Shown here: piece by piece, positions 17,970 to 27,129 of the stretch
Position numbering within the stretch: position 1 is the stretch's first letter
Layout of the letters: each line of letters starts with the position of its first letter
IMG/VR virus record: IMGVR_UViG_3300027754_005427
Span: 1 to 64,000 of that record
Length of the DNA: 64,000 bases
Origin: a virus
Direction: 5' to 3' (one strand)
Translations under genes and position numbers: made by a program
The notes under the pieces: generated by a model
The model's input: only the letters and a program-made list of their open reading frames with translations
What the model was told of the DNA's origin: nothing
The model's database searches: none

Positions 17970-19688
17970 TTAATAAAATTTATATTTATTTGATCTACCA
18001 GTACCATTTTCAATAGAATCTATAACATATTCATATTTTTCTTTCATATATTTATTATCTTTAGATTCTTGTAATTTTTGTTGTAAAAATGGCAAAAATT
18101 GTTTCCCATTTTCTCCTAATCGAGCCAATGCAGTTCCTAATCCATCCATAAATAAATCATCGTTAAAATATGGTAATAAACGACTGTAAAATTTTATGAC
18201 AGTAGGTGTATCTGCATCTCCATTGCTTAAAAAACCAAGGATATGCTTGATGATTCCAAATGGCCCTCCCCAACTTTTATCTTTTTCAGCTTCATATATT
18301 TTTAAAAAGTATTCTGAAATTTCAACTAATTTACGAATTAAAGGTTCTGTTAATTTGCCTGTACCAGAAAAATCTAAAACAATATCAGTAATTTGACTGT
18401 AAGCTTCTGGTCTACCATATTCAGGATTGTTTATTTTTAAAGATGGATTGCTTGGGTCAAAAGATAAGATTGCATTAGTTGCTAAGTCTTTTTGAAGTTC
18501 TTTAAATTTTGGATTATCTCTAGCTAATTTTTCTCGATCATAAGTTCTTAAATTAGAAAATTCTTGGTTATTTAAAAGTTCGGGATATTTTAAAAATAAT
18601 TTTCTTTTGAAATCAGCAGCATAAAGATTGTATACAAAAGTATTGATAGTCCATTCAGAGTTTATTAAATTAATAAGCTTAGCTTTATTTTCTTCATCAA
18701 GGACTAAATTTGGATCAAGTAACTTTTGTAATATGTCTCTTGCAATTTCTGGTTCTCTTTTTTTTTCTAACATCTTAAACAGACCATCAGCTGTTTGGGG
18801 ATAAAATATTTTTGTCATATCTATGCGTTGTTTTCTAGCACTATCATCAGGGTCAGCAGTTCCAAATGTATCTGAATGCCAGCCACCTTTGCGAATATAT
18901 TTAGCTGGTTTTATTTTACCTTGTTTTGAATCAATCCATTTTTGAACTTGTTGTTCGAATCCATCTAAAGAATTTCCATAAACACTTTCTTCTAATACTG
19001 CTATTGATTTACCTGCTTTATTATCAAATCTACGGATAAGCACTCTTGCTAATGGTTTTTCAATATTTTTATCATCTTTAAGACAAAGATAAGCTATAAA
19101 TCCACCATTTTTTATTTCACAAAATACGCTTTCTCTGTTTGCTCCACCTTGAAGATTCATACATGATGTCCAATTACGATTAGTAGACATTGCAGCAATA
19201 TCTTCAGGAATGCTACTGAAGACTATCATATATGGTGATGTAGATTTAACTCCAACTCTATACTTAGACGAAGTGAATGTAGATAAAAGGCCTTTATAGT
19301 ATTCCTTGTTCCATTTTAATTCATCTTGATATTTTAAGTCTGAAATTTGTTTGTTTTCATAAGATGATTTTATTTTATTTTCTTCTTTTTTAGCTTCCAT
19401 TTCTAATATTTTTCCAATTTTCATTGGTCTTTTTGAAATTTTATCAGCAGCTAATCCTTTAGGATAATCTAATATTTCATACTTTTCATGGTCTTTAAAA
19501 TAGTTTTCTATATCTTTGTCAATTTTTGAATCTTCTGATTCTTCTGATTCAAATGGAATATAAACTCTGCCTTCTGTAGGAAACCAATTTTCAAATGCAA
19601 AAGATCTACTGTAAGAAGAAGATTTTATTTCATTTTCCCAGTTCTTAACATCTGTTTCAATTAACAATAGCCATTTTTTAAACTTCAT
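17970..19688 (-). CDS. leader-bearing protein with WTSCM (PcfJ-like?) domain and helical/HEAT-like C-terminus
   Basis: MKFKKWLLLIE; MKIGKIL..DIAAMSTNRNWTSCMNL..IAYL..PLARVLI..VYG. Confidence 0.7.
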   Translation of the reverse strand: MKFKKWLLLIETDVKNWENEIKSSSYSRSFAFENWFPTEGRVYIPFESEESEDSKIDKDIENYFKDHEKYEILDYPKGLAADKISKRPMKIGKILEMEAKKEENKIKSSYENKQISDLKYQDELKWNKEYYKGLLSTFTSSKYRVGVKSTSPYMIVFSSIPEDIAAMSTNRNWTSCMNLQGGANRESVFCEIKNGGFIAYLCLKDDKNIEKPLARVLIRRFDNKAGKSIAVLEESVYGNSLDGFEQQVQKWIDSKQGKIKPAKYIRKGGWHSDTFGTADPDDSARKQRIDMTKIFYPQTADGLFKMLEKKREPEIARDILQKLLDPNLVLDEENKAKLINLINSEWTINTFVYNLYAADFKRKLFLKYPELLNNQEFSNLRTYDREKLARDNPKFKELQKDLATNAILSFDPSNPSLKINNPEYGRPEAYSQITDIVLDFSGTGKLTEPLIRKLVEISEYFLKIYEAEKDKSWGGPFGIIKHILGFLSNGDADTPTVIKFYSRLLPYFNDDLFMDGLGTALARLGENGKQFLPFLQQKLQESKDNKYMKEKYEYVIDSIENGTGRSNKYKFY

Positions 19689-19908
19689 AGATTTATATAT
19701 TAATTAAGATTAATAAAATGGTTACATTCACTTGCTTTTAGGCATGTGCAAGTAATTATTACATGAATAATATATTTTGACAATTATATTAATATATACA
19801 GGTAAGACATAGGATTGTTTTACTTTATTTTTGATAATTAAGAATACATTAATCTTTATGATTTTCAAAAAAATTAAAGATAATGAGTCTAACAGAAAGG
19901 AAAGTTGT

Positions 19909-20661
19909 ATGATAATAATATCAAAAGAAAAAAGTTTAGTGCCTTTAATATTTGCACACATACCCAAGACAGCAGGTGGATCTATAAAAGATTACTTTGA
20001 TAAAACTTCAAGTAAACTTAAGAAAATTAACAAAATATCTTTTGGTCACAATAACTTATTATTCATAAAAAATAAAATTTGCAATGACAAACATTTGAGT
20101 AAAAAACTTCCTTTTAAAGATTATTTTAAATTTACAATATTTAGAAATCCTTGGGAAAGAATATTATCAGAATTCACTTTCAGAAGCAGAGATAATATTT
20201 TAAAGAAGGCTAACAAGACATCGGCTAAAAGAAAGTATTGGATTAATGTAAAAGAAAAGAATTATAATTTCAAAGAGTGGATTTCTTATATTACCGAAAC
20301 AGAAAACATAAATGATTTAATGAAAAAATACAGTTATTATAATTTTGTAGAGTTAGATGGAAAAATAGGAGTTGATTATATAATAAATTTTCACAATTTA
20401 AATGAAGACTTTGAGTTAATAAAAAAAATAAGTAATAAAAACCATGGAAGCTTAACCAAAGAAGGAATGCATGTCCATGACAGTAATCATAAATTTTTCA
20501 AAAATTATTATGATGATAAAACCATAGAGTTAGTAGCTAATATATACAAAAAAGATATAGAATTATTTAAATTTAGTTTTGATGATTACGAATACATTTA
20601 TCTTGATGAATTTCAAAATAAAGAAAAAATAAAAAATCTATTGGAAAGGAAAACTATATGA
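19909..20661 (+). CDS. sulfotransferase family 2 protein
   Basis: FAHIPKTAGGSI, FRNPWERILS; start ATG 19909 with GAAAGGA SD. Confidence 0.8.
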   Translation: MIIISKEKSLVPLIFAHIPKTAGGSIKDYFDKTSSKLKKINKISFGHNNLLFIKNKICNDKHLSKKLPFKDYFKFTIFRNPWERILSEFTFRSRDNILKKANKTSAKRKYWINVKEKNYNFKEWISYITETENINDLMKKYSYYNFVELDGKIGVDYIINFHNLNEDFELIKKISNKNHGSLTKEGMHVHDSNHKFFKNYYDDKTIELVANIYKKDIELFKFSFDDYEYIYLDEFQNKEKIKNLLERKTI

Positions 20662-21338
20662 TAATAACATCAAAGAAAAAAGTATTAATTCCATTAATAT
20701 TTGTACATATACCGAAAACAGCAGGAGGATCTGTAAAACATTACTTTGATTATTCAGATAAATTTAAAACAGGTCATAAAACTATAGGCGAAATAAAAGA
20801 ATTAATTTCAGATAGAGTAAATTTTAGAGATTATTTTAAATTTGTAATTTTTAGAAATCCTTGGGATAGGATGCTATCAAATTTCAATTATAGATTAAGC
20901 ATGGTTGATCAAACCAATGACCCTTACTGGAAAAGTATAAAAAATAAAAACTTTTCTTTTAATGATTGGGTTAAAAAGGTAACAGATGAAGTTGGAATAA
21001 AGAAGTTAAAAAAGCATAATTCATATTTCAGTTACATAAATATTAATAGTAATATTGTAGTTGATTATATAATAAACTTTCACAATTTAAATGAAGATTT
21101 TAAAGTAATAAAAAAAATAAGCAACATAAAAATTAGGAAGAAATTAGAATCTAATCATGGAAATTCACATAAAGCAAAGCATAAGAATTTCAAGCATTAT
21201 TACAATTCTAAATCTATAGATTTAGTAGAAAAAATACATAAAAAAGATATAGAATTATTTAAATTTAGTTTTGATGATTACAAAAGTGCAAATTTAAAAA
21301 AATATTGCAATTTAAATAAACTTAAAGGGATAATCTAA
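20658..21338 (+). CDS. sulfotransferase family 2 protein (tandem paralog)
   Basis: FVHIPKTAGGSV, FRNPWDRMLS; ATGA overlap. Confidence 0.8.
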   Translation: MIITSKKKVLIPLIFVHIPKTAGGSVKHYFDYSDKFKTGHKTIGEIKELISDRVNFRDYFKFVIFRNPWDRMLSNFNYRLSMVDQTNDPYWKSIKNKNFSFNDWVKKVTDEVGIKKLKKHNSYFSYININSNIVVDYIINFHNLNEDFKVIKKISNIKIRKKLESNHGNSHKAKHKNFKHYYNSKSIDLVEKIHKKDIELFKFSFDDYKSANLKKYCNLNKLKGII

Positions 21339-21340
21339 CA

Positions 21341-21805
21341 TTATTTGCCTTGATTTAATTTTTCTTCTATTGCTTGTTTTTCTTCAGCTGTAAAATAATT
21401 GCTTTTTTTAAGATAATTTTTAAGTGAAATATATAAATTCTTTAATGCATTTGCACTTATTACACCTAAGTATTGTAATACTTTAAGCAATATTTTACCA
21501 GCAGATCTAAGAATATAAGAAATTGATTTATATGAAAATTTAAGAAAAAGTAGAGCACCAGCGACTGCAAGTGTTCCCATTTCTTTAATTGCACTTTGAA
21601 TAAATTTCTCAAACAAGCCATCGCCATCAGAAACAAATATCTTCCTTGGGTTTGTATTTTTTCTTCCTGCGAATGTTCTTGAATATGCTGGCCCATCTTT
21701 TGGTGCTAGATCAAATCCTAAAAACTCACAAAATAATTGATTTCTTTTTAAGTTATAGGTTCTTAAAAAATCTTCTTCAATCATGTAAATTTCAAATGTT
21801 TTCAT
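21341..21805 (-). CDS. hypothetical protein with leader-like MKTFEIYMIEE
   Basis: 154 aa ORF with SD; one hydrophobic segment. Confidence 0.6.
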   Translation of the reverse strand: MKTFEIYMIEEDFLRTYNLKRNQLFCEFLGFDLAPKDGPAYSRTFAGRKNTNPRKIFVSDGDGLFEKFIQSAIKEMGTLAVAGALLFLKFSYKSISYILRSAGKILLKVLQYLGVISANALKNLYISLKNYLKKSNYFTAEEKQAIEEKLNQGK

Positions 21806-21971
21806 TTTTATCCCTAGAATTTAAATATATTATTGCACAGTATTTATAATTTAATTTTTCACAGTTGCATTCTGGGCAATTAATTGGATCTCCTTGCCCT
21901 TTCCAATAGCTACCAGAATGGAACTTTATTTTACAAAAACAACATTCATAGCAATCAACCATTTCTTGCAT
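21792..21971 (-). CDS. small Zn-ribbon protein
   Basis: MQEMVDCYECCFC...CPECNC; TATATA-N5-ATG. Confidence 0.5.
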   Translation of the reverse strand: MQEMVDCYECCFCKIKFHSGSYWKGQGDPINCPECNCEKLNYKYCAIIYLNSRDKNENI

Positions 21972-22006
21972 GTTAATATATATAATTATTATTAAATTAA
22001 AATTAT

Positions 22007-22684
22007 TTAATAGAATGGAATGTTTTGAACAGTAGTGTAACCACAAGTGTTTTTCTCATAGCAAACATTATTAATAGCTCCAAATATTTTTATTTTTTTT
22101 ATGTTATTTGACATAAAAGCATCAACTTGAATTTCAATTTTATCATGTAATTCTAAAAGTTTTTTTGCTCCAAATTTACTTAATAAATAAGCATAAGTAC
22201 CAAAAAACTTTTCAGGTATTACTAAATCTTCGTTAAATGGTAAAGGCTCACCAGCACGAAGCCATCCAAGTAAAATCATTCCCCATTTAGTATTCATTTT
22301 TTTAACAAGATTATCATTAGTTTTTATTAAGTTTTTTGGTACTGATGAATCATCTTCTAATATTAAACAATAATCTTCTTTTGATGTAGATTCACTTAAA
22401 AATCTTTTCCAACATTTTAAATGACTTAAGTAACAACCAACTGCACCTTCTGTAAGAGATGAATTTGTTTTTCTTTCTTTTTTTACTATAGTTTCTTTTA
22501 GTTCTTGTACTGCTTTTTTTGAAATTTTATGTTCGTAATTTAACCACATGCGATTTCTAGTATCGATAGCTTTTATAATATTGATTCTATAGTCAATATT
22601 ATTCCATTCCTTGATAAATTGTTTTTTTCTATTGCCACATTCCTCTAGATTAATTACATATGCACCAGTATATTTTGTAAACAT
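22007..22684 (-). CDS. GT25 glycosyltransferase
   Basis: YVINL, GAVGCYLSH..W, ILEDD, YAYLLS..GA..LL, QVD; start ATG 22684. Confidence 0.8.
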   Translation of the reverse strand: MFTKYTGAYVINLEECGNRKKQFIKEWNNIDYRINIIKAIDTRNRMWLNYEHKISKKAVQELKETIVKKERKTNSSLTEGAVGCYLSHLKCWKRFLSESTSKEDYCLILEDDSSVPKNLIKTNDNLVKKMNTKWGMILLGWLRAGEPLPFNEDLVIPEKFFGTYAYLLSKFGAKKLLELHDKIEIQVDAFMSNNIKKIKIFGAINNVCYEKNTCGYTTVQNIPFY

Positions 22685-22700
22685 GACATATTTATAAAGT

Positions 22701-23387
22701 TTATTTTTTTTTAGCAGTTTTAAGATTTTGAATATCAGTATAACCACAACCATTTTTTTGAATGCAAATATTATCAACAACTCCAAATATTTTAACTTCT
22801 TTTATATTGTTCGACATAAAAGCATCAACTTGAACTTCGACTTTATGATGTAATTCTAAAAGTTTTCTTGCTCCAAAATTACTTAATAAATAAGCATGAG
22901 TGAACCAAAATTTATTAGGTATCAATAAATCTTCATTGAAATCAAAATATTCATTAATAGCTTGCCATCCAAGTAAAATCATTCCCCATTTAGTATTAAT
23001 CTTATTAACTATATTACTAGTAGTTTCAAATAGATCTTTTGGTATTGTTGAATCATCTTCAAATATTAAGCAATAATCATTTTCTGATTTAGATTCTTTG
23101 ATAAATCTTCTCCAACACTTTAAATGACTTAGGTAACAACCAACTGCACCTTCTGTAAGAGATGAATTTGTTTTTCTTTCTTTTTTTGCTATAGCTTCTT
23201 TTAATTCTTCTACTGCTTTTTTTGACATTTTATGTTCGTAATTTAACCACATACCATTTGTCGTATCGACAGCTTTTATAATATTGATTCTATCATCAAT
23301 ATTATTCCATTCCTTAAGAAATTTTATTTTTCTATCACTGTTTTTATCAAGGTTAATTACATACGCACCAGTGTATTTTGTAAACAT
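22701..23387 (-). CDS. GT25 glycosyltransferase (tandem duplicate including upstream promoter)
   Basis: Same motifs; upstream ~25 bp identical to that of the 22684 gene. Confidence 0.8.
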   Translation of the reverse strand: MFTKYTGAYVINLDKNSDRKIKFLKEWNNIDDRINIIKAVDTTNGMWLNYEHKMSKKAVEELKEAIAKKERKTNSSLTEGAVGCYLSHLKCWRRFIKESKSENDYCLIFEDDSTIPKDLFETTSNIVNKINTKWGMILLGWQAINEYFDFNEDLLIPNKFWFTHAYLLSNFGARKLLELHHKVEVQVDAFMSNNIKEVKIFGVVDNICIQKNGCGYTDIQNLKTAKKK

Positions 23388-23432
23388 GACATATTTATAA
23401 AGTTTATTTTTTTTTTCTCTTATAAATATAGA

Positions 23433-24122
23433 ATGATTGATGGAAATACAAAATTAGTTCATTTTGGCAATGATTGTGCCTCTGGTATCATAATAAATGA
23501 TATTCTTAATATTAAAGAAAAACAGTTATTTCAACTTGGATTTTACAGCTTCAATGATATATTAGAATATTTAAAAGAATCAAAATACGAAGAAATATAC
23601 GATAAATCACATTTGTTTTTTGATAATATTAAAATAACTGAATTTTATAGTGATTTTAATGAATACAAACTTGGGCCGAGTATACTTAATAAAAAATATA
23701 ATTTTAATTTAAATCATGATTATTTTATGCAAGACTATAAAATTATGAATTATGAATTCATAGTTAATAGCTTCAACACTAAAATAAAAAACTTCAAAGA
23801 ATGTTTGGAATTAGAAAACAAAATTATATTCATTACATTCACTAATGTTGATATAAAATTATTAGAAATGATAAAGTTACTTAAAGAAAAAACCAATAAT
23901 TGGTTTAAGTTAATAATATTCACCAACAATAAAAATTTAAATTACTGCTTTGAGCAGGTAGAATTAATTTATTTGAACAATGAATATGATATTTGGTATT
24001 TAAGACCTTTAAAAGATAGACTTGTTCTCTACAAAGAAATTTACAGTAAATTTTATGAAATTACAATAAAACATATTAAACTGCCATGTTTTGAAGATAC
24101 ATTTTATTACAAAAACTTATAA
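23433..24122 (+). CDS. hypothetical protein, possibly DUF1796 papain-like
   Basis: HFGNDC near N-term, NHDY; weak. Confidence 0.4.
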   Translation: MIDGNTKLVHFGNDCASGIIINDILNIKEKQLFQLGFYSFNDILEYLKESKYEEIYDKSHLFFDNIKITEFYSDFNEYKLGPSILNKKYNFNLNHDYFMQDYKIMNYEFIVNSFNTKIKNFKECLELENKIIFITFTNVDIKLLEMIKLLKEKTNNWFKLIIFTNNKNLNYCFEQVELIYLNNEYDIWYLRPLKDRLVLYKEIYSKFYEITIKHIKLPCFEDTFYYKNL

Positions 24123-24138
24123 TTTTAAAAAATATGTA

Positions 24139-24167
24139 TTGCATAATACAACTAACCTTTTTATAAT
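24139..24167 (+). promoter_or_regulatory. sigma70-type (early) promoter
   Basis: TTGCAT-N17-TATAAT followed by AAGGA SD and ATG 24194. Confidence 0.65.
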
Positions 24168-24193
24168 GCTAAAAATTGAAAGGATTTACATTT

Positions 24194-24481
24194 ATGAATT
24201 ATATGATTGCTGGATTTAGTTTTTTAATTGGCATTTACTCATTGCCTTTTATGTTTAATGTTTTTGAATCAAAACATGATATATCAAATTTAAAACTATA
24301 CAATAAAATTGTTTATGTTTTTTCTTTGTTCTTGTTTGTTACCTTTCCTTTTGTTAATTTTTCTAATTGCTTAGATATATTATATTTTAAATATTATATT
24401 TTTTCATATGTATCAGGAGTTTATGGAATTGCATTTCTGTTATTTTCTTCTTTAGATTTTATCAATATTAAAAAATCTTAA
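24194..24481 (+). CDS. membrane protein
   Basis: 3 hydrophobic segments; SD AAGGA. Confidence 0.6.
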   Translation: MNYMIAGFSFLIGIYSLPFMFNVFESKHDISNLKLYNKIVYVFSLFLFVTFPFVNFSNCLDILYFKYYIFSYVSGVYGIAFLLFSSLDFINIKKS

Positions 24482-24497
24482 TTTAAGAGAACTAAAC

Positions 24498-24644
24498 ATG
24501 AAAGAAAATGATGAATTAGATAAATTAAACCATGTTGATTGGTTCATAGTAGTAATACTAATACCTATTATGATAATAATTTCATTTTCTTTTATGATTA
24601 TAAGGGATATTATTAATATTTTATTTGGAATAAAAATTTCTTAA
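24498..24644 (+). CDS. small single-TM protein (48 aa)
   Basis: MKENDELDKLNHVDWFIVVILIPIMIIISFSFMIIRD...; below ORF-track cutoff. Confidence 0.5.
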   Translation: MKENDELDKLNHVDWFIVVILIPIMIIISFSFMIIRDIINILFGIKIS

Positions 24645-24684
24645 TAATACAACAATAATTTAAAGTTAATTGATTATATAATCT

Positions 24685-27126
24685 ATGAACTTTAATTTTC
24701 AAGAATGGCTGTTGATATTAGAAGAATTAAAACCAAAAGCTTTGGCTTTTAAAATACTTGGTAATACAGTAGATAAAACTGGCAAGCCTGTTCTTAGTAC
24801 TGATCCTAACATTATAAAAACAACAAATGAATTCAATAAGATATTTACCGCTTCTGGTATTCCTGAAGCACAACAAAAAAACATTTATCCAACGGCAGCT
24901 TATGTGTACAAAACAAACCCATCAGTTAGCGAAGGAGAATTCTCTCAAGATTTAAAAGATTATTATAAATTTGTAATAGCCAACCAACTTCCTGTTTTAT
25001 CATTTAATGATGATGGAAATGTAACTGGTAATAATATTATAGGAAAATCTAAAAGTGAAGGAAATCCATATTTGCATTATGCTGATTGGGCAACTATTAT
25101 ACATACTAAAAATAGCGAAAGTGAAGATGAAGTAAAAAAGAAATTCCACCAAACTTTATACAAATCTACAGGTGATGTAAGCGATCAAGAACTAGTTGCA
25201 AAATCACCAGATGAAAAGATAAAGGTTTATAAATCTAATGCAGTTGACAAGTGTATTATTCTTGGTAGAGGTCAAAAGTTTTGCATATCTCAACCTGGCA
25301 ATTCAATGTTTCAATCTTACAGGAATACCAAAGATTCAACTTTCTACTTTGTTTATGATAATACAAGAAACGATGATCTTAAAGTAGTTGTAGTTGATGC
25401 CACAATAAGTAAAATTGAAATTACTGATAGCTCAAATAGAACAGATAAATTCATGCAAGATCCATATGTAACCGATAAAGTAACAGAAATAACCTCAAAT
25501 TCAAAATTATACTTAAAATATTTAAAAGAAAAAGGCGTTGATATAACTGTATTTAAAAACGAGCAAAGAACAGCAAAAGAAAATGAAGAACATGAAAAAT
25601 TAGGTAAGGAAAATAAAGACTTAGCATGGTTTAAATCTTTAACATATGAAGAAAAGAAAAACTATGTTGGCAGAGGACACAGACTTTCAAGTGAACAATT
25701 TAATTGGCTAGTTTCAATTAACTCTGAACCACTTTTAAAACAACATTTATCACTTGGTATAGTTTTGTATGGTAAGCAGTTGAACCTTGTTCTTAATGAT
25801 CCTTATTTTAAAGATTTAAAATTAAATTATCTTAACGCAAGAATGAATGGTCTTCCAGAAAGACAGCTAGCAATAAAAGAATATTTAGCCATGCCACCAA
25901 AATACAAACAAGAGTTGGCAGAAAAATATGGAGATAAACTTAAAGATTATATTAATGTTAATAAGCTTCATGTTTTAGAATATATTAATCTTAAAGAAGA
26001 AGAAAAAACAGAAATTGAAAGATTGTTTAATTATGGTGACAATCTTGTCAAAAATATTCAGAGAAAATTAGGCATTGAATATTATATTGATCTTCCAGAA
26101 GATAAAAAAATAGAAGTGCGAAAAATATATGGAGCACAACTTCTAGAAGAAATTGAAAATTTTAACCTTGAATACTATCTTGATCTTTCAGAGGATAAAA
26201 AAACAGAATTGAAAAAATTATTTTTATACACTGATGCTAATAATGGCTCTAGACTACTTCAAAACAAAATTCAAAGATTTGACATTCAAACTTATCTTGA
26301 TCTACCAGAAGATAAAAAAATAGAAACAAAAAAGTTATTTGGAAAATATATTAAAAACCAGATATCTCCATACTCTTATGGTGGATTGTTTGCAAAGTAT
26401 ATACATAACCCAACTTTAGAATTTACTGATGAAGAAAAAGAATTGATTAATTGTGGAACACAAACTTTCTTAATCGATATTTTAGACCAACCAAACAAAA
26501 ACAATGTTAAATTTATGACTAAAATGCTTGAAACATGTCCAAACGCAGTAGATTTTCAGTATTTAAATGACAGACACGCATTAACTACCATATTTCAAGA
26601 ACTCAAGGGTGAAAAAGTTAAATTTATAAATTTACTGCATCTTTTAAGTAATTATTCAAATCAAATGCGATTGGATAATATAGATATTATATTTAATTAC
26701 ATGATTAACATTCTTGGTAATGTTTCTAAATACATATTTATGTTTAGAAAATTCTTTGAAAAGTTTGCTTCAGATTTAAGCAGTGCCAGCAGTCACGATA
26801 GATACGAAGGTTCGCAACATCATTCTAAAGTAGAGAAGAATTTCTTTAATGAAAATAAAACTCTTAAGTTGTTTAGAAAAATATTTGATGGAAATCCATA
26901 TCATATGGAAAAATATAGTACAAATGATTTAATTTCAACTATGAAATTTATTGTAGATACAATTGGAAAAGAAAAGTTTCCAAGAACTACAAGAGATTTA
27001 ATAAAAGAAAAAGCTGGAGAAGAAGGTTATAAATCTATATTCCCAGAAGAAGAAACAGAAACATCTCCAGCAGATTACGATAAAGCATACACAAGAGATT
27101 CTACTAGAGAAGCAAGGATTATATAA
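24685..27126 (+). CDS. leader-bearing FCIS-domain protein with degenerate ~32-aa repeats
   Basis: MNFNFQEWLLILEE; paralog of 3947 and 27130 genes; IEYYIDLPEDKKIE-type repeats. Confidence 0.85.
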   Translation: MNFNFQEWLLILEELKPKALAFKILGNTVDKTGKPVLSTDPNIIKTTNEFNKIFTASGIPEAQQKNIYPTAAYVYKTNPSVSEGEFSQDLKDYYKFVIANQLPVLSFNDDGNVTGNNIIGKSKSEGNPYLHYADWATIIHTKNSESEDEVKKKFHQTLYKSTGDVSDQELVAKSPDEKIKVYKSNAVDKCIILGRGQKFCISQPGNSMFQSYRNTKDSTFYFVYDNTRNDDLKVVVVDATISKIEITDSSNRTDKFMQDPYVTDKVTEITSNSKLYLKYLKEKGVDITVFKNEQRTAKENEEHEKLGKENKDLAWFKSLTYEEKKNYVGRGHRLSSEQFNWLVSINSEPLLKQHLSLGIVLYGKQLNLVLNDPYFKDLKLNYLNARMNGLPERQLAIKEYLAMPPKYKQELAEKYGDKLKDYINVNKLHVLEYINLKEEEKTEIERLFNYGDNLVKNIQRKLGIEYYIDLPEDKKIEVRKIYGAQLLEEIENFNLEYYLDLSEDKKTELKKLFLYTDANNGSRLLQNKIQRFDIQTYLDLPEDKKIETKKLFGKYIKNQISPYSYGGLFAKYIHNPTLEFTDEEKELINCGTQTFLIDILDQPNKNNVKFMTKMLETCPNAVDFQYLNDRHALTTIFQELKGEKVKFINLLHLLSNYSNQMRLDNIDIIFNYMINILGNVSKYIFMFRKFFEKFASDLSSASSHDRYEGSQHHSKVEKNFFNENKTLKLFRKIFDGNPYHMEKYSTNDLISTMKFIVDTIGKEKFPRTTRDLIKEKAGEEGYKSIFPEEETETSPADYDKAYTRDSTREARII

Positions 27127-27129
27127 TCT